From Eledone cirrhosa (Eukaryota), in contig OZ024742.1 in assembly GCA_964016885.1 (NCBI GenBank), positions 123,318,001 through 123,382,000 of the forward strand: DNA of 64,000 nucleotides, in the 5' to 3' direction. Every line of letters starts with the position of its first letter. Position 1 is the stretch's first letter. The notes beneath the pieces are model-generated. The model worked only from the letters and a program-made list of their open reading frames with translations, was not told the origin of the DNA and searched no databases. Of this stretch, positions 14,222 to 28,515 are shown piece after piece. Made by a program: the position numbers and the translations under genes.

Positions 14222-14645
14222 ATAGATAAAAAAACTCGGTACGAACTGCAAAGAAAAATCGTGCCCATGCCTCAAACTAACACACTCTCCTGCGAACTAG
14301 CCGGAGTTCAAGCCCACTTGACTTGTATTTGGATTAAATTCCAACCTACACTCCTTCTCCAATACCCGTACCTCCCCCAGGAACCCACCTGCGTACACCC
14401 CGGGTCGATATACCATTCTCCCACTCCTCATCTGGTGTATCCACCTACTACCTACCATGTAGCATCAACCAACCACTATTCACATCGTAAGTTTTATTTT
14501 ACATACTATACTTCCCAACAACAACAATATCAACAACAGCAACAACAACAACAGCAACAACAACACCACCACCACCACCACCACCACCGAATATAATGTT
14601 AGCATTGAGGCAAAGTATGGCGCCGCAGTCGAGTTTTTACCTATC
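14222..14645. mobile_element. MITE-like element with imperfect ~60-bp terminal inverted repeats and internal (CAA)n(CAC)n
   Basis: ATAGATAAAAAAACTCG...TGCCTCAAACTAACA vs TGTTAGCATTGAGGCA...CGAGTTTTTACCTAT. Confidence 0.5.
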
Positions 14646-14922
14646 TCTCTCTATACATATACATATATTTCCTAAAAATGGTTGACTGACCACACACGTA
14701 TATTTTCTTTTTAAAATGTTTGTTCCTTCCTCTTTTCACTCTCTATCTTTCTATTTCATCATTTCAACTTTTATTCCTCATGAAAGGTTAGTATCCGAAA
14801 TGTAAAATCACTTTCCCTATCATATCAAGTGTTAAACTAATATCTTTCGTGATTGTACTGTGTTCTTTGCCGTGTTGTCTCCACTTACTTTTTACATATA
14901 TATATTTATGTATATATATATA

Positions 14923-15133
<211 letters not shown>

Positions 15134-16293
15134 ACAAAGATTGCGTGAAAGTGAATTCATATTTGTTTGATTGTTAATTTAATATAATATTCAATGAGAC
15201 TTTAAAAATTAATTTTGTAACCCAAATAGAAATACAATAATAACTTGCAGTCCTGAAAAGGGTCTCAATCTGCTACTTTTAGCACAATATTGCAACCCCT
15301 GATAGACTCTGGAAAAATATTCGACTTTCAAGCGCTACGACTCGTAGCCGTCTATTATATATCACTCATGTTGACAGCAGAAATATCATACCATTTCATT
15401 GCAAAAGTCTAGATTATTTTTTTTGATCAACTAACATAATAGACGTGATAAAACGTACGACTTGATATTGGTAATTTTGAAATATTTCTATTGGTTCGAG
15501 AGAATATTCAACATCATCTATAGATGAAATCTGATCAGCTTCTATTATTGAGGCCACGCTACTGTACTAACGAGAGTTCAACTATAGACCTCAAAGTATT
15601 GAGCAATCAATTCCTAGAATATTTTCTCCAATAAGCATTCTGTGTGGTTCATCAATACCACGAATTTGATTTGCGAAATACATTTTTCTTTCCTTCCTCC
15701 TCATTCAAAGATTATTAATCTCTCATATCTTCTCCTCCCACCTTCTCCTACCTTTTACTTCTTCAATTAACAGCTATTCACATATCTATTCCTATTTAAT
15801 ATAGAAAGGTGCACGGCTTCTTTCTGAATTTCAGATATAAGCTCTTCTAGCAGACACATGCTGATAAATGAATACATACACCAACGCCCCACCTCTACAG
15901 CTACGCTTCTTACACAGCTATATATATATTGTACATAGAAGTGTGTGCCTGTATATGCATCTATGTGAGAATATCTGTATGAATATATGTATGAATATAT
16001 GTATAATACATGTACTTACAAATGTATGAGACAGAGAGAATAAGTACCTAATACTGAAATCGAGTATAATAATAATCGTTATTATGGCTACGTGCGAAGT
16101 CTTGTTATTTAGAGTATCATTTCTGGAGTATATTCACAGGATTATCAGAGACACAAGTGAAACTCCCGTGTAACAAGACTCATCACTTAACCATAATAAA
16201 GTATATTTATATATATTTATATATATATACTTTATAGATAGATAGATAGTGAGAGAGAGATAGAGAGCAAGAGATATAGAGAGATAGAGATGG

Positions 16294-16360
<67 letters not shown>

Positions 16361-16997
16361 GAGAGAGAGAAAGAGAGAGAGAGAGAGATGAATTTATATC
16401 GATATACAAAATATGCTCTTGTTACACTTTAAGCACTCAATGTAAATTTATCGCGAAACTACTAAACGTAGAGCGCACTCATAACATATAATGTTATGGA
16501 TACAACATTTTTAATATCTTGCAAATAAATAACGTAGAACAGTTAGGAATATTACTTACATTACATTAGCAATGTATAGTTCTAAGACGTTGTTTTAGAT
16601 CTTGAGAAAACAAAACAATTACCATAATTAAATGGATAGTTAGCAATGTAAAATGACTGAGGCTCAACAGTAGATCATCTTATTAATTAGACAATTTATT
16701 AACTGTCCATAATTAAGTTTGACTCGAGCCAACATCTCACATGTTGTTATGGCGGCTACAACAATAACTGTGACAGTCATGGACAGTGGAAAACAGGGAG
16801 GGGTGCTAAAAATAACTCTTTCGCAAGCCGGGTAACAACTCTACTGATATATTGAAAAATCGCGAGTAGAATTATACTAATTAACATATATATATTTAGA
16901 CACAAAATAGCGAATTTCTTCACCATAACTACTCAATGTAAATTTGGCACGAAGATACTAAAATCAGAGCGCTTTCATAACAGATATAATTAGGGAT

Positions 16998-17079
<82 letters not shown>

Positions 17080-19679
17080 TTACTAAAGGATGAACCTTAG
17101 AAGATTTGTTTTGTAAAGAAATGAACAGAAACGATCCAAAGGACTAAACTATTTAGTGTCTAAAAGCCTGCTGGCTAGTTTAAACTAGATTCCCTTTATG
17201 ACCATTAACTAAACGGTTCCACAAAGGAATTAATACCAGACTTAAATAAATACTGGTATCAACACTTGAAAGTAGTGCCCCGATATGGCCACAATCCAAT
17301 GGTATTCTCTCTTAAGAATATATTAATTCTTAGAAATATATTTAATTCATTCAGAATAAAATATTTACTTTGTGTCTTTAACTTTAGTTTATTTGTGTGC
17401 ATGCATGTGTATGTTGTTTCACACGTCTATATGTGCGCATAAGATTTCTTCATGTTCATGTAAGTTTGGAAAGGAATGCAGGTATTTCAATTAAATGTCA
17501 TTTGTTGATCAATGCTCGGAATAATCTGAAGAAATATTAAATTATTTATTATTTTTGGATTTCTATTTACAGTAAATCTGACTATTACAGCTGACGCCTT
17601 TTTATTCACTTAGCTAGCATAGTTTGACCCTGTTGTAATGATTTATAACTGGCTTTTAAATGATCGCTTACTATGCAAAGTAGAGTGTTGAAACAATGCC
17701 AATATTACTCATTGTTCGTTCACCTTTATTGTCGAAGCCGGACATAATTCTTCTGATTTCAAAGAAGCAGAAGAGGTTATGAACACTGAACATCAGTCTT
17801 AAATATAAGGTATTAGATAAAGGTGGTAAAATATTCAATAAATCCAATATGGGATTTTCTTTTAAATCGATTATATTAATAGGTTCTTAGATATGAACTT
17901 TTAAACTACATGTGGCTGTGTATTTATTGAATGACTTACGTTTAACGTAAGAAACACTGCCGTTGTAATGTTACTTCCTAAAACAAGACATATTATATTC
18001 TAACCAGAATAATTTCCTAAGATTTCAGTATTAAGGAGAATATATTTTATACATTTGCAAAGGTCAACTTCTGGTATTTCCTATACTAATGAACGAAATC
18101 TTTTCAAAGGATAATCTACCATTTGAAATAAAAGAACTGTTAAAATGACATGTTGTATAAATGTGAATAGGTCTGTTGCAGCAAATATTTATGAAGTCCG
18201 AGAACTATGTATATTTCTCGATATTCCTAATTCATACAATTTCATACATTCATTTTAATTATTAAAATAGGGTCAGCACCAGTGGCGTTTGCAGACGATA
18301 CCACACAGTTTAGACAATTAGGTTGAAGCTTGCAAGGGAATGTATTTATTGTGGGTTCCATATCAGAGATGGGTGGCTTAAGCAACGGCCCACGCTGATT
18401 GAATAGAGATTTTGAAACGACAAATGACATAGGCATGACTTAGAATAAGACAGATATATTATAACACGTTGTTTCAAAATAACACTATCTGCTTAGTAGT
18501 CATTCAACAGTAAGATATAATGTACTGCGAAATTTGTTCCGACTACCTATGTTCACGTCCTGTACTTGTCTTTTCATTCGCTTGGAGTCCATGATGAAAA
18601 TACCAGCCTAGCACTGTTGCAGCTGTCCCTTCTTCTAGTTATCCCCTCCTGGATGTTCCGCTGCATCAAGGATGAGGTGTTCGAGAGGGTGCCTATGATT
18701 GCTAGCGACGACTTGGTGGGAGCCTAAAGCCATTAAAGAAAGCATGGTACATACTAATATGTCATCCTCGATTGCGAGTGATAACTGGAGTTATTGTAAG
18801 AGAACAGAGGACTGTGTCTGTTAACAAATTCGAAAAATAGATTGACTGATTGGGAACTTAGTTGTACTGTTTTGGCAACTGTTCACACCTCTATCATATA
18901 GAGATGTGTAAAATATTCTAATGTGAGGGCGCGTGACTTACTATTGTCGTGGAGGCACGTAGCCTATTGGTAAGGGTGTTAGAAATACGATCATAATGCG
19001 GTGTGTTCGATTTGTGGACTGGGATGTGTGTTGTGTTCTTAAGCAAAAACTTTATTTCGCGTTGCTTCAGTATACTCGGCTGAAAATGAGTAGCAGCAGC
19101 ACCTGTGGCGTTAAGCCTACGATGGACTCGGGTCCTGTCCAAGGAGCAGACAGTTCGGGTAATCAACCACCTGAACACTTTATTTGTAATCAACCGAGGT
19201 CCAATACAGTTTTATAATAAGTTGCTTTTCAAATTGCGAAAGAGCAGTAACTGAAAGGATCTGTGTGAGTATATATATACATTCATAGTCGAGAAAGAAA
19301 CCGTTAGCGCAGTGTTGGTATAGCCTTAAATTATTCCTGCTGGCATGTCCTGTATGTTATGTTGTTTTCAACAGAATGAGGTAGAGCCGGTATCTGTGTA
19401 AGCTTTTACGAGTGCATGAGCACCTAAAACACCTAGCGGAGGTACTGTACAGATTATCAAGTCATACTCGATTACAAGTGACGTCTGTAGTATTTTTCCG
19501 TAACTACTCTAACTAAATTACTTGACACTGAAGATATAGAGATCGCTGAGACATCTAAATAATCTCACTATTCCTTGAGAAATGTGTAACTTTATGCTGA
19601 AGAATACATTAGAAGGTGTAGCCAAAACCATGTGCGATGTTGTCCAGTATTTGGAATCAGTCTTCCCGCCTCGCTCTCC

Positions 19680-19739
19680 AGTACCTACAATTTATCTCCT
19701 GCAAGTACCTACAATATATCCCCTGCAAGTACCTACAAT
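19680..19739. repeat. 24-bp minisatellite, ~2.5 units
   Basis: AGTACCTACAAT.TATC.CCTGCA repeated. Confidence 0.85.
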
Positions 19740-21359
19740 ACATTATTTTCCTTCTAAAGTCGATTAAACAACAATTATTCATAAACTGATGTTAGTAAAA
19801 TATATCCATAACAATTCAATATCAATTTTTCTAGATTGGTACAAGGCCAGCGTCTAGCTCTAGGAAATGATAATAATTGTAATTTCCAGCTTCTTTTATT
19901 GTTTATGATTTGTCAAAGCAGGACAAACTAATGCTCAATGTCTTTTCAATGTGACAAAGATTAGTAGGAGGAAGGGAGGAGTTTACCCTTAGATCGGAAA
20001 CATGGCCTGATGGTGGTGTTTAATTTGGCGGGGGATTAAAACAATGAAACAAGAACTAAAACTTTTAAAATTTTCGTTGGCTTTAGATACTAATTGTATT
20101 CCATCGTGTTAAATTGGGTAAGTGAATATTAATTTCTTACATTGGCACAATCCCATAAATTCTTAGGTGGTGGGAGGCAAAGCCTACAGAATTAATCATT
20201 GTACATACCTGGTATATATATTTACCGACGGCTGAGCGATGAAACGTAAACTTAATCTCGGTGGAGTCAGATATAAATAAATTACCGGAAGTTATTCTAA
20301 TTGATCTTTTCCGGCTGTTAGTGCACCATCACACTCCAGTAAAATAGCATTGATTTTTAAATATTGGCCAAACATTTTCGCGAAAATAAATAGTTGATTA
20401 TATCGAACGGCGTATTTAACTGGCGGTTTTCCTTTTAGGCTGAAAGAAAAAAAGTCAACTTGGGAGGGATTTGGATTGAGGAAGAATAGAAGTGTGGCAA
20501 AATATCAAAAGTGATTTTTACTGGACCTCTACTGCTTCTACCACCAAACTCCATTTCAGTAATTTAATAATATTGCATGAGGACAATATATCGATTTATT
20601 TATCTCAAGCAAAAGGCTTTTTATTTTTTACAAGAGGAAAAGTTATAACCTTATTGCATCATCCCTAAGATCTTACTCTAACTAATTGAATGAACTACAG
20701 TAAGGATGAAAGGGAAAATTGAATAGTAAAGCAATGAATACTAAGTTACAGAATCAGATATCGAAAAACACATGAACCGTTCCTTTACTCTTTCAACCGT
20801 TTCCCCCATCTTTAAATATTGTCACACAGTAAGCTATAAACTGATTCCTATATAAATAATTGTATTTAAGGTCACTTGCGCTTCTAAGGAAAATTACATG
20901 TATATGAGATTTGATACTTTGCGAGTTGGGTAGATAATAATATTAGAAATTGGAAATTGTTATAGGTTTCCTTTATTTCTACAAACAACAGAATAACAGG
21001 TGAAAGGGAAAATGTCATCTGTTGCCGACAGTGAAACAGGGAATATTTACAAATGTTAAACACCAAAAAGGAAATATCACAACTTAATTCCAAATCATGA
21101 GTAATTCTGAAATAATATTGGTTTTGCAGAGAATACAAAAGAAGGCAGGCTATCGAAACAAAAATGCTATTGGATTTGTAAGCTTTTATAAATCACACAC
21201 TGCCATTTTACAATAACGTGTTGACAGATAAATGAAAGTTTAAATGGATTGCATTCATATATATGTATGTGTGTGTTTGTGTGTGTATATGTGTATATAC
21301 ACACAGAAACACACACATATGTGTGTTTGTATAAGTATATATATATATATATACTTACA

Positions 21360-21486
<127 letters not shown>

Positions 21487-22469
21487 GTTTACATATATAT
21501 ACGCGAAGGACTAGTTTCGGTTATTTGTTGGAGATTTCTTCATAGAAGCCATATTCTTATATTTTTTTATATAGTTGATTATGCTAATTGGGAGAAAAAT
21601 GGTATATATTTTATCTGGTGATTCTATAGACATGTTTTATGATATATATATATATATATATAACTATAGATATATGAAAAATGTCTCTTTTCATATTACC
21701 CACTCTACTACCCTAAGTATTGAGTACTCTGGTGCGTCATGGTCCACCTGGTACCTTACCACACCTTCTTTGTAATTATATATATAAAGAGAGAGAGAGA
21801 GGGGTGAGGTTTGGAGTTATTGGTTTAGACTAGTAAGACCATTGTTCAGCTAAATCTTTGATACTTGGGAAAGTATAGTGGAGGTATTGTAAAAGGTTAG
21901 TGCCCGGCGGCTGAGCTCACGCTGTTTCAGCGGCGAGTGGATAGCTGAATTATTTGTTCGTTTTCAGCAAATTTTAAGTCAAGCATTCACGATTTCCTAT
22001 CACTCCCATGATACTTACCGATATTGCTAAGCACACAACAAATACACCATTAGTTTAACCAATCTGAATCTGAAAATAGAGCTATGATGTCTTCAAAACG
22101 TTAAAACACATATGGACAAATTAATGCGAAAATTATAAACCCAGAAATGTTAAAGAAATAACAAGAAAATACGAAAAACCTTAATAAAAATGAATAAACT
22201 GAAGTACATTCTTATTTTAAATATATATATAGGAAAATGTTTCACCCCGACGGCAGAGCTCAAGCCGTTTCGATGGCTATTTCTGGACTACAGAAATAGC
22301 CGTCGAAACGTTTAACCCCGTAGGGGTTAAACGTTTTCCTATTACCCACTCTACTACACTTAGTATTGAGTACTCTGGTGCGTTATGGTCCATCTGGTTC
22401 CACACCTCCTTCGTTATATATATATATCTTTGCTTTGGCCCCTGGGCAATTTTTGTTTTTGTTGAAGAC

Positions 22470-22703
22470 CACCAGTCGCCCATGCATACCAGCCTCCCCT
22501 CTCCACGCCACCGATGTTGTCCAAGGGAAAGACACCAGCTTGGCACCAGTGACGTGGCAACTCATTTCTGCAGCTGAGTAAATTGGAGCAACGTGAAATA
22601 AAGTGTCTTGCTCAAGGACACAACGCATCACCCGGTCTGAAAATCGAACTCACAACCTCTCAATAGCAAGCCCAGTGCTCTAACCACTAACCCACGCGCC
22701 TTC
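22470..22703 (-). mobile_element. Second tRNA-derived SINE family (CORE-like body)
   Basis: Reverse complement reads GAAGGCGCGTGGGTTAGTGGTTAG...GAGTTCGATT...CCTTGAGCAAGACACTTTATTTCACGTTGCTC; copies at 40153-40275 (+) and 7525-7600 (-). Confidence 0.8.
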
Positions 22704-22738
22704 ATATATATATATATATATATATAAATATATAATAC

Positions 22739-22866
22739 ATGTATTAAGAATAATATTTAAGGGTTTAATGGTGTGTGCGATGGAAAGAGAATGTTAATAT
22801 GTATTAAGAATAATATTTAAAGGTTTAATAATATGTGCGATGGAAAGAAAATATTGATATGTATTA
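22739..22866. repeat. 60-bp tandem duplication
   Basis: ATGTATTAAGAATAATATTTAA.GGTTTAAT...GTGCGATGGAAAGA twice; related in reverse orientation to ~23560-23625. Confidence 0.8.
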
Positions 22867-23168
22867 TTAAAAAAACAAAAGTGGTGTAGGTAAGGATGTA
22901 TTGTGAGATGAGCATGAATAGGTTGGATGAAAGTGGGAAGGGAATGGTGAATGGAGGATGAATGATCTAACGTCAAAGAGAATGTTTGTGTTTACGAAGG
23001 ATTTTTTCAGGGTGATGTAAAGTAGGAATATATTGTATTGTGTAATAATTGTTAGGCACAGTGGGAAAAGGCACAGATTAGGGGTTAGAACTCTTTTAAC
23101 CATCTTTTGATCTTTTGATCTTATATATTATATTTATATATATATATATGTATATGTATATATATATA

Positions 23169-23231
<63 letters not shown>

Positions 23232-23286
23232 GTATATGTATATATATATATTTATATATATATATATTTATATATTTATATATATG

Positions 23287-23327
<41 letters not shown>

Positions 23328-23332
23328 ACATA

Positions 23333-23395
<63 letters not shown>

Positions 23396-23991
23396 TTATT
23401 TATATATATATATATTTGCTCATTTTAAACAAATTATTTACGTACACATATTACATTACATAAAAACAAACTTAAACGCTAACTAATTCCTCTTTAATTC
23501 ATAACTCATTCATTCTTCTCTTTATTTTCACATTATATCCTTAATATCATTAATATCTTTATTTTAATAATACATATTAATAAATTATTTTCTTCGCACA
23601 TATTATAAAACCCTTCAATATACAAACCTTAATTTAATACTATTCTTAATTCCTTTTTCTTCATACATAAACCTCATTAACTTGTAATTTCAAAATCTTT
23701 TAAATTATCTATTATCTTCCAACGGCTTTTTAATTTCTCTCTGTGAGACAATATATTTTTTCTCGGTTGTAAAGGCTATCTCTCTCTATCACCCATCTCT
23801 CCTCCTCTCTCATCCTTCCTTCTTATACTCCTCCCCCTCCATACCTTACTCTTATTTCTTCCTCTTCCTTACTTTTCCCAACCCCACTCACTTTTTCCCA
23901 ATTTCATACATCAATCTTAATTTATTTTTCATATGTTGATTTAAAACCTCACTATTCACAAGTGTTTTTTAAGCTTCATATCATGTCTCCC

Positions 23992-24062
23992 TATTTTATC
24001 TGATGAGAACGCAGATATCATCCCATTATGATATTTGTTTTCGAAATGCGCATAATAAAATA
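23992..24062 (+). ncRNA. Type I hammerhead ribozyme, family A
   Basis: Same motif at the 3' end of a longer non-coding element (~23420-24100) flanked by (TA)n. Confidence 0.85.
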
Positions 24063-24168
24063 CTTGGAACTCTTTTAACCATCTTTTGATCTTATATTAT
24101 ATATAAGGATGAAATAAAGTATCAGTAATGTACTTGGTAATCGTTGGCCTTGTGCCTAAAGTAGAAAC

Positions 24169-24212
<44 letters not shown>

Positions 24213-25575
24213 GGGATAACAGGTTATCGTTATAGGCAGTCCACTTAGATGTAGTCCAGTTAGAGTACTGCGTGTTGTGGATGGCATTAATGTATGGCTT
24301 AGTTTGACTCAACAAGACGTTTCCAAAGTGATGCTGCCAGTTCGCGCTGATTTCTATGTAGGTTATACTTGGAGTAATAATAATTTAAGAAAGAAGAGTG
24401 ACATGGTTGGCTATACAATAAGGGCTTTATTCATATTGCTGACAATTGTTTCTCTTATCTGGTAGGTCTAGAGTTCGCTAATCGCTTGATGTTACGTCAA
24501 TCGACTCCAATACTTTGTTTATAACCAGTCGTTTCATCAGAGCGTGCGGGAGTGAGGAAAATACTCAAGGCATGGCTTTTATAGAGGAGTGGTGTTAAAC
24601 CAGAACAATAATATCAATAATAAAATAACTAGATACTGAATAGTTAAAATAATGACATCTATATAAGTAAAAAATAGAGTGTAATGATAAATCTAGCATA
24701 TTAAACGAACTGATATGATACAGATGTATGAAATTGACATGTGAAAACTGCTATAGGGTACATTAGATGTAGTATTAAAGTGGTGAAGAGATAACTGATA
24801 AAATGTACTTGGAGTCAGGATTTAGGAGTAATTATGAGGGATATAAGTGTGCTGTAGGTCTAAAAGCACACGAGCAATAAACCGGAGATTGATTTATAGT
24901 TTGACAGATAAGTATTTTCCTTGTATCAACTTAGTGAGATTGATAGAGTGGGTGTATAGAGATATATGGTTCTTATGTGGTATTAAGTGAAGTTGTAGAT
25001 TCGGTATTTAAAGGTTAAGGTGGCCTATTCTAAAAGTTGGGATTGTTAGTTCGAATCATGTGAGTTTTCACAACATCAATAACAAATAGTGTATAAATAA
25101 GACAATAATAACAACAATAATAGAGACAATAAAAGTAATAAAAACAATAAAATATGCATGGTAAATAGAAAGAACATGATGAGTAAAATTAGGGATACAT
25201 TGATATGATCATAATAATAATAAGAAAATAAGATTTCAAGGAGTGTAGGAGTAATAAGATAATGTACTTAGAATTAAGTTCATCTGTTAGAGATCATGAG
25301 TGCTAATATGAGATATGTAGATATAATTGTTTGGTCTGAAAGAATAAACAACAGCAAAGATGGGATTGATTTATGGGCTGACAAGATAATTGTAAACATT
25401 GCTGCCCCATCCTGGTGGTATAAATGTAGGGACGCTAGAAGGTGTTTTAAGAAGGTTATGGTTCTGAAGTGGGCTGTGTGAGAATGCGGATTTCATATGT
25501 TAAATGCTAAATGATTTTCCATTAATATAGGGGATGCTGGTTCGAATCACGGTGGTTTAAATCTCGTGGTTCGAA

Positions 25576-26010
25576 TCACGGTAGTTTAAATATCGTAGCA
25601 ATCCTATGTCTGCAGAAAATTGACCTTTCTATTTTGCTGTTGAGTAGCATTTTATCGTTCCTTAAGATATGTAGCAATTCAAGGTTGCAGAGCCGGCAAT
25701 GGAACATACCGCTGCTATAGGCCTTTGCGGCCGCTAATTTCGACCAGCTAATATTGTAATCAAGGTTTTTGTCCTTAAGTTGCCAGATTTTATTGGCGAG
25801 GGTTGTAGAATTTACCAGTGCACGGTTCTTCATTGAATGTCTCTGTACATACCACCTTTTTTTTAAAACACCCGCGGTAGATCCAATGTAGTGCGATGTG
25901 GAGTTGCCCGAGTTTACAGTACACATGTACACTAGGCTAGAATCTAGGCACCTATTCGCTAATGGGCACTTATCTGGTAGGTAAAAATTACAGCTTTCAC
26001 ATTGCGGTTT
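25576..26010 (-). pseudogene. PLE C-terminal GIY-YIG endonuclease (Nematis/Neptune-like)
   Basis: CPLANRCLDSSLVYMCTV...HYIGST...KKRW...STTLANKIWQLK...CRLCNLE...LLNSKIE...CRH; clade assignment is from recalled motifs only. Confidence 0.88.
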
Positions 26011-26149
26011 TGCAAAATGTTATGTGCGGGTTGTGATTCATGCCTATTGAAGTTTTGCTCTGGTGTGTTCCTATGCGTTTGTGGTTGTGATATAGTAATG
26101 TGTTTGTGTTTAGTGTTTGGTGCTGTTGCGTATAGGTGGGATAGTTTTC

Positions 26150-28129
26150 TTAAGGGTATTTGTGTGGTTGATCTTGCGTATGTGCGATGCAATGTTGGCT
26201 GCAGTAGAGTATGAAAGTATTATAGTTTTTCTATTGAAGATTTTATGGTATCTATGCGATGTAGGGAAGTGTTTATCTATTAGTTTAAAAAACGTAGAAG
26301 GCAGTTTAGTTCTTATAGAGGAGTTGAAGATCGGATTAAACCATAGGTATTTTCTTTCTCTAGTTCTATAGTTCCTGGAGTTTCTTTTTATTAGTGTTCC
26401 GTCATCCTACTCTAGGTGCTACTTGCCTAGTTCTATGCCTTGTCCTGTTACCTTTATTTTTGTATGAGCAGGTAGTGTTGGTGTTAATGGGTTTGTTTGT
26501 GTTGTCCTTATCTGTTATAAACTGCAGCTCTTCTTTGTGTCCAGCCTTATGCAATGCTGCGTTATTATAATTAGCATGTTCATTACGAATTTCTTGGTTT
26601 GAGGATAGGCGGGATATTCTAAGGGATATACTACGAGCTATGGAGTTAATTATGGATCGGGGGTGGTTTGAGTTATAACTAATGTAGGCTAGATTCTCAT
26701 TATTTTTGTGGAAGGGTTCTATCAATCCTGTGTTTAGGTTTAGAGTTACGTCTAGAAAGTTTGCCTTTTTAGAATTCAGTTCGTAAGTAATATTTAGTCC
26801 TAGTTTTTTAAAGAATATTCTAACGTTTTTTCGTAATCTTTCCATGTTTTGATTATTTAAGTTTTTTAGCTATAAGGAGTGTGTCATCTCTATAAATTCC
26901 TCCTTGGGGGTTATTGAATTCTTTATGTAGGTTGTGTGCTATAAATATCCTCACAACATCCGTTATTTGCGCTGAGTCGTTCGATCCCATTGTGATATCG
27001 AAGCTATTCTTCCTATGTTTTCTTTCCCAGTAGCTATTTTGAAATTTTATGATAGTCCTTCTAGCAGCTAGTATTATTTTAATTTCATCTGAGGTAAGGT
27101 CTGCGTTATTTGGCAAATATTAGCGCTTTATGTAGGGCGACTGGGGATATGGATGCGTAGTAATCATTTATGTCAAATTGTATGAAGTTGTATGTTTCTC
27201 TATTTCTTATTCTATTGAACCATTCTATTGCTTCGTTAGTGTTACCCCATAAATTGTTTTCTAGTTTTCCCTTAATTTGTACGATTACCCTATCTAGAAT
27301 ATGCTTGCTAATTTTACCGATATCCGACTTGGATGGGCATATTAATCTAATTGTAGGGTTTGTTTCAAAATTTTTTTGCGATCCTTAAGGTTAAATGTGG
27401 GGTTACATGGGGTCAGAGGTTCGGTTCTATCGGATATTTTCAGTTTTTTTACTATGCTTAGTCCTTCCTTATTAATGCTAGTGAGTGTAGATTCATTTGT
27501 TTTTGTGTATTTTTTGTGCAGTTCACGTTGAATGAAATTATTGTATGTATTAAGGTCTTTAGTATAAACGTTTGATGTTTTGTCTGCTTTTACTATGATA
27601 CCGTTGGTGCTTCTTAGTTTTTTTAGTAGTGTATTGATGTCGTTTTCTAATTTGTTGTGATGTGTTCGTTTTTTTTAAATTTAGTTCCACTTATCATATT
27701 CATAAGGACCAGCTCGAAGACATCGAGTGTGGGGTTATTTGGAGGGTTTTTGAAGGATTTGAATCCGTAATTGTCTTTAGTAAATTCCTCCGTGTTATTA
27801 GCGGGTCTTTTGTCGTAGTGGTAAGCCTTCTATCGGATTCGGCGGGTGAAATCATTAGTCCGTTGTATCATGTCTAGTGTATAGGCCTTATTTGTAGGTA
27901 TAGGTATGTTTTTCAGTGACATGCCTATGTGGTGCTTTTCCATGTTGTTGCCGTGCGTTAATGCTGTTGCATAAACCTGGTGGGAGCTATGTATACGGGA
28001 TAACAGGTTATCGTTATAGGCAGTCCACTTAGATGTAGTCCAGTTAGAGTACTCCGTGTTGTGGATGGTATTAACGTATAGCTTAGTTTGACTCAAGAAG
28101 ACGTTTCCATAGTGATGCTGTGAGTTCAC
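26150..28129 (-). pseudogene. PLE reverse transcriptase (frameshifts and stops)
   Basis: Minus-strand motifs in order: SLKNIPIP N-terminus, IIVKADKT, IRLICPSKSDIGKISK, FIQFDINDYYASI (motif A), FDITMGSNDSAQITD (B), GGIYRDDTL (C, YRDD), ANFLDVTLNL, SNHP, WFNPIFN...KIFNRKTIILSYS. Confidence 0.92.
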
Positions 28130-28474
28130 GGTGATTTCTATGTAGGTTATACTTGGTGTAATAATAATTCAAGAAAGAAGAGTGACATGGTTGGCTATAC
28201 AATAAGGGCTTTATTCACATTGCTGATAATTGTTTCTTTGAACTGATAGGGCTAGAGTTCGCTAATCGCTCGATGTTGCGGCAATCGATCACCAATACTG
28301 TTTTCCTCACTTCCGCATGCTCTGATGAAACGACTGGTTATAACAAAGTATTGGAGTACGATTGAAGCAACATCAAGCGATTGGCGAACTCTAGACCTAC
28401 CAGATCAAAGAAACAATTGTCAGCAATGTGAATAAAGCCCTTATTTTATAGCCAACCATGTCACTCTTCTTTCT

Positions 28475-28515
<41 letters not shown>

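Larger units (their letters stand above)
24209..28476 (-). mobile_element. Penelope-like retroelement, near full length, decayed, inserted in (TA)n
   Basis: Direct repeat 24209-24512 ~ 27995-28298 (pseudo-LTRs); 28301-28476 is an inverted copy of ~24385-24562; (TA)n on both sides; interrupted RT and GIY-YIG frames in between. Confidence 0.93.

Noticed and set aside
19680-19739. CRISPR-like or bacterial repeat array
   Set aside because: Head-to-tail minisatellite without unique spacers; eukaryotic context, no cas genes.
18918-19767. Possible exon or decayed gag-like region
   Set aside because: Short ORFs, only vague similarity, no LTR or splice support.
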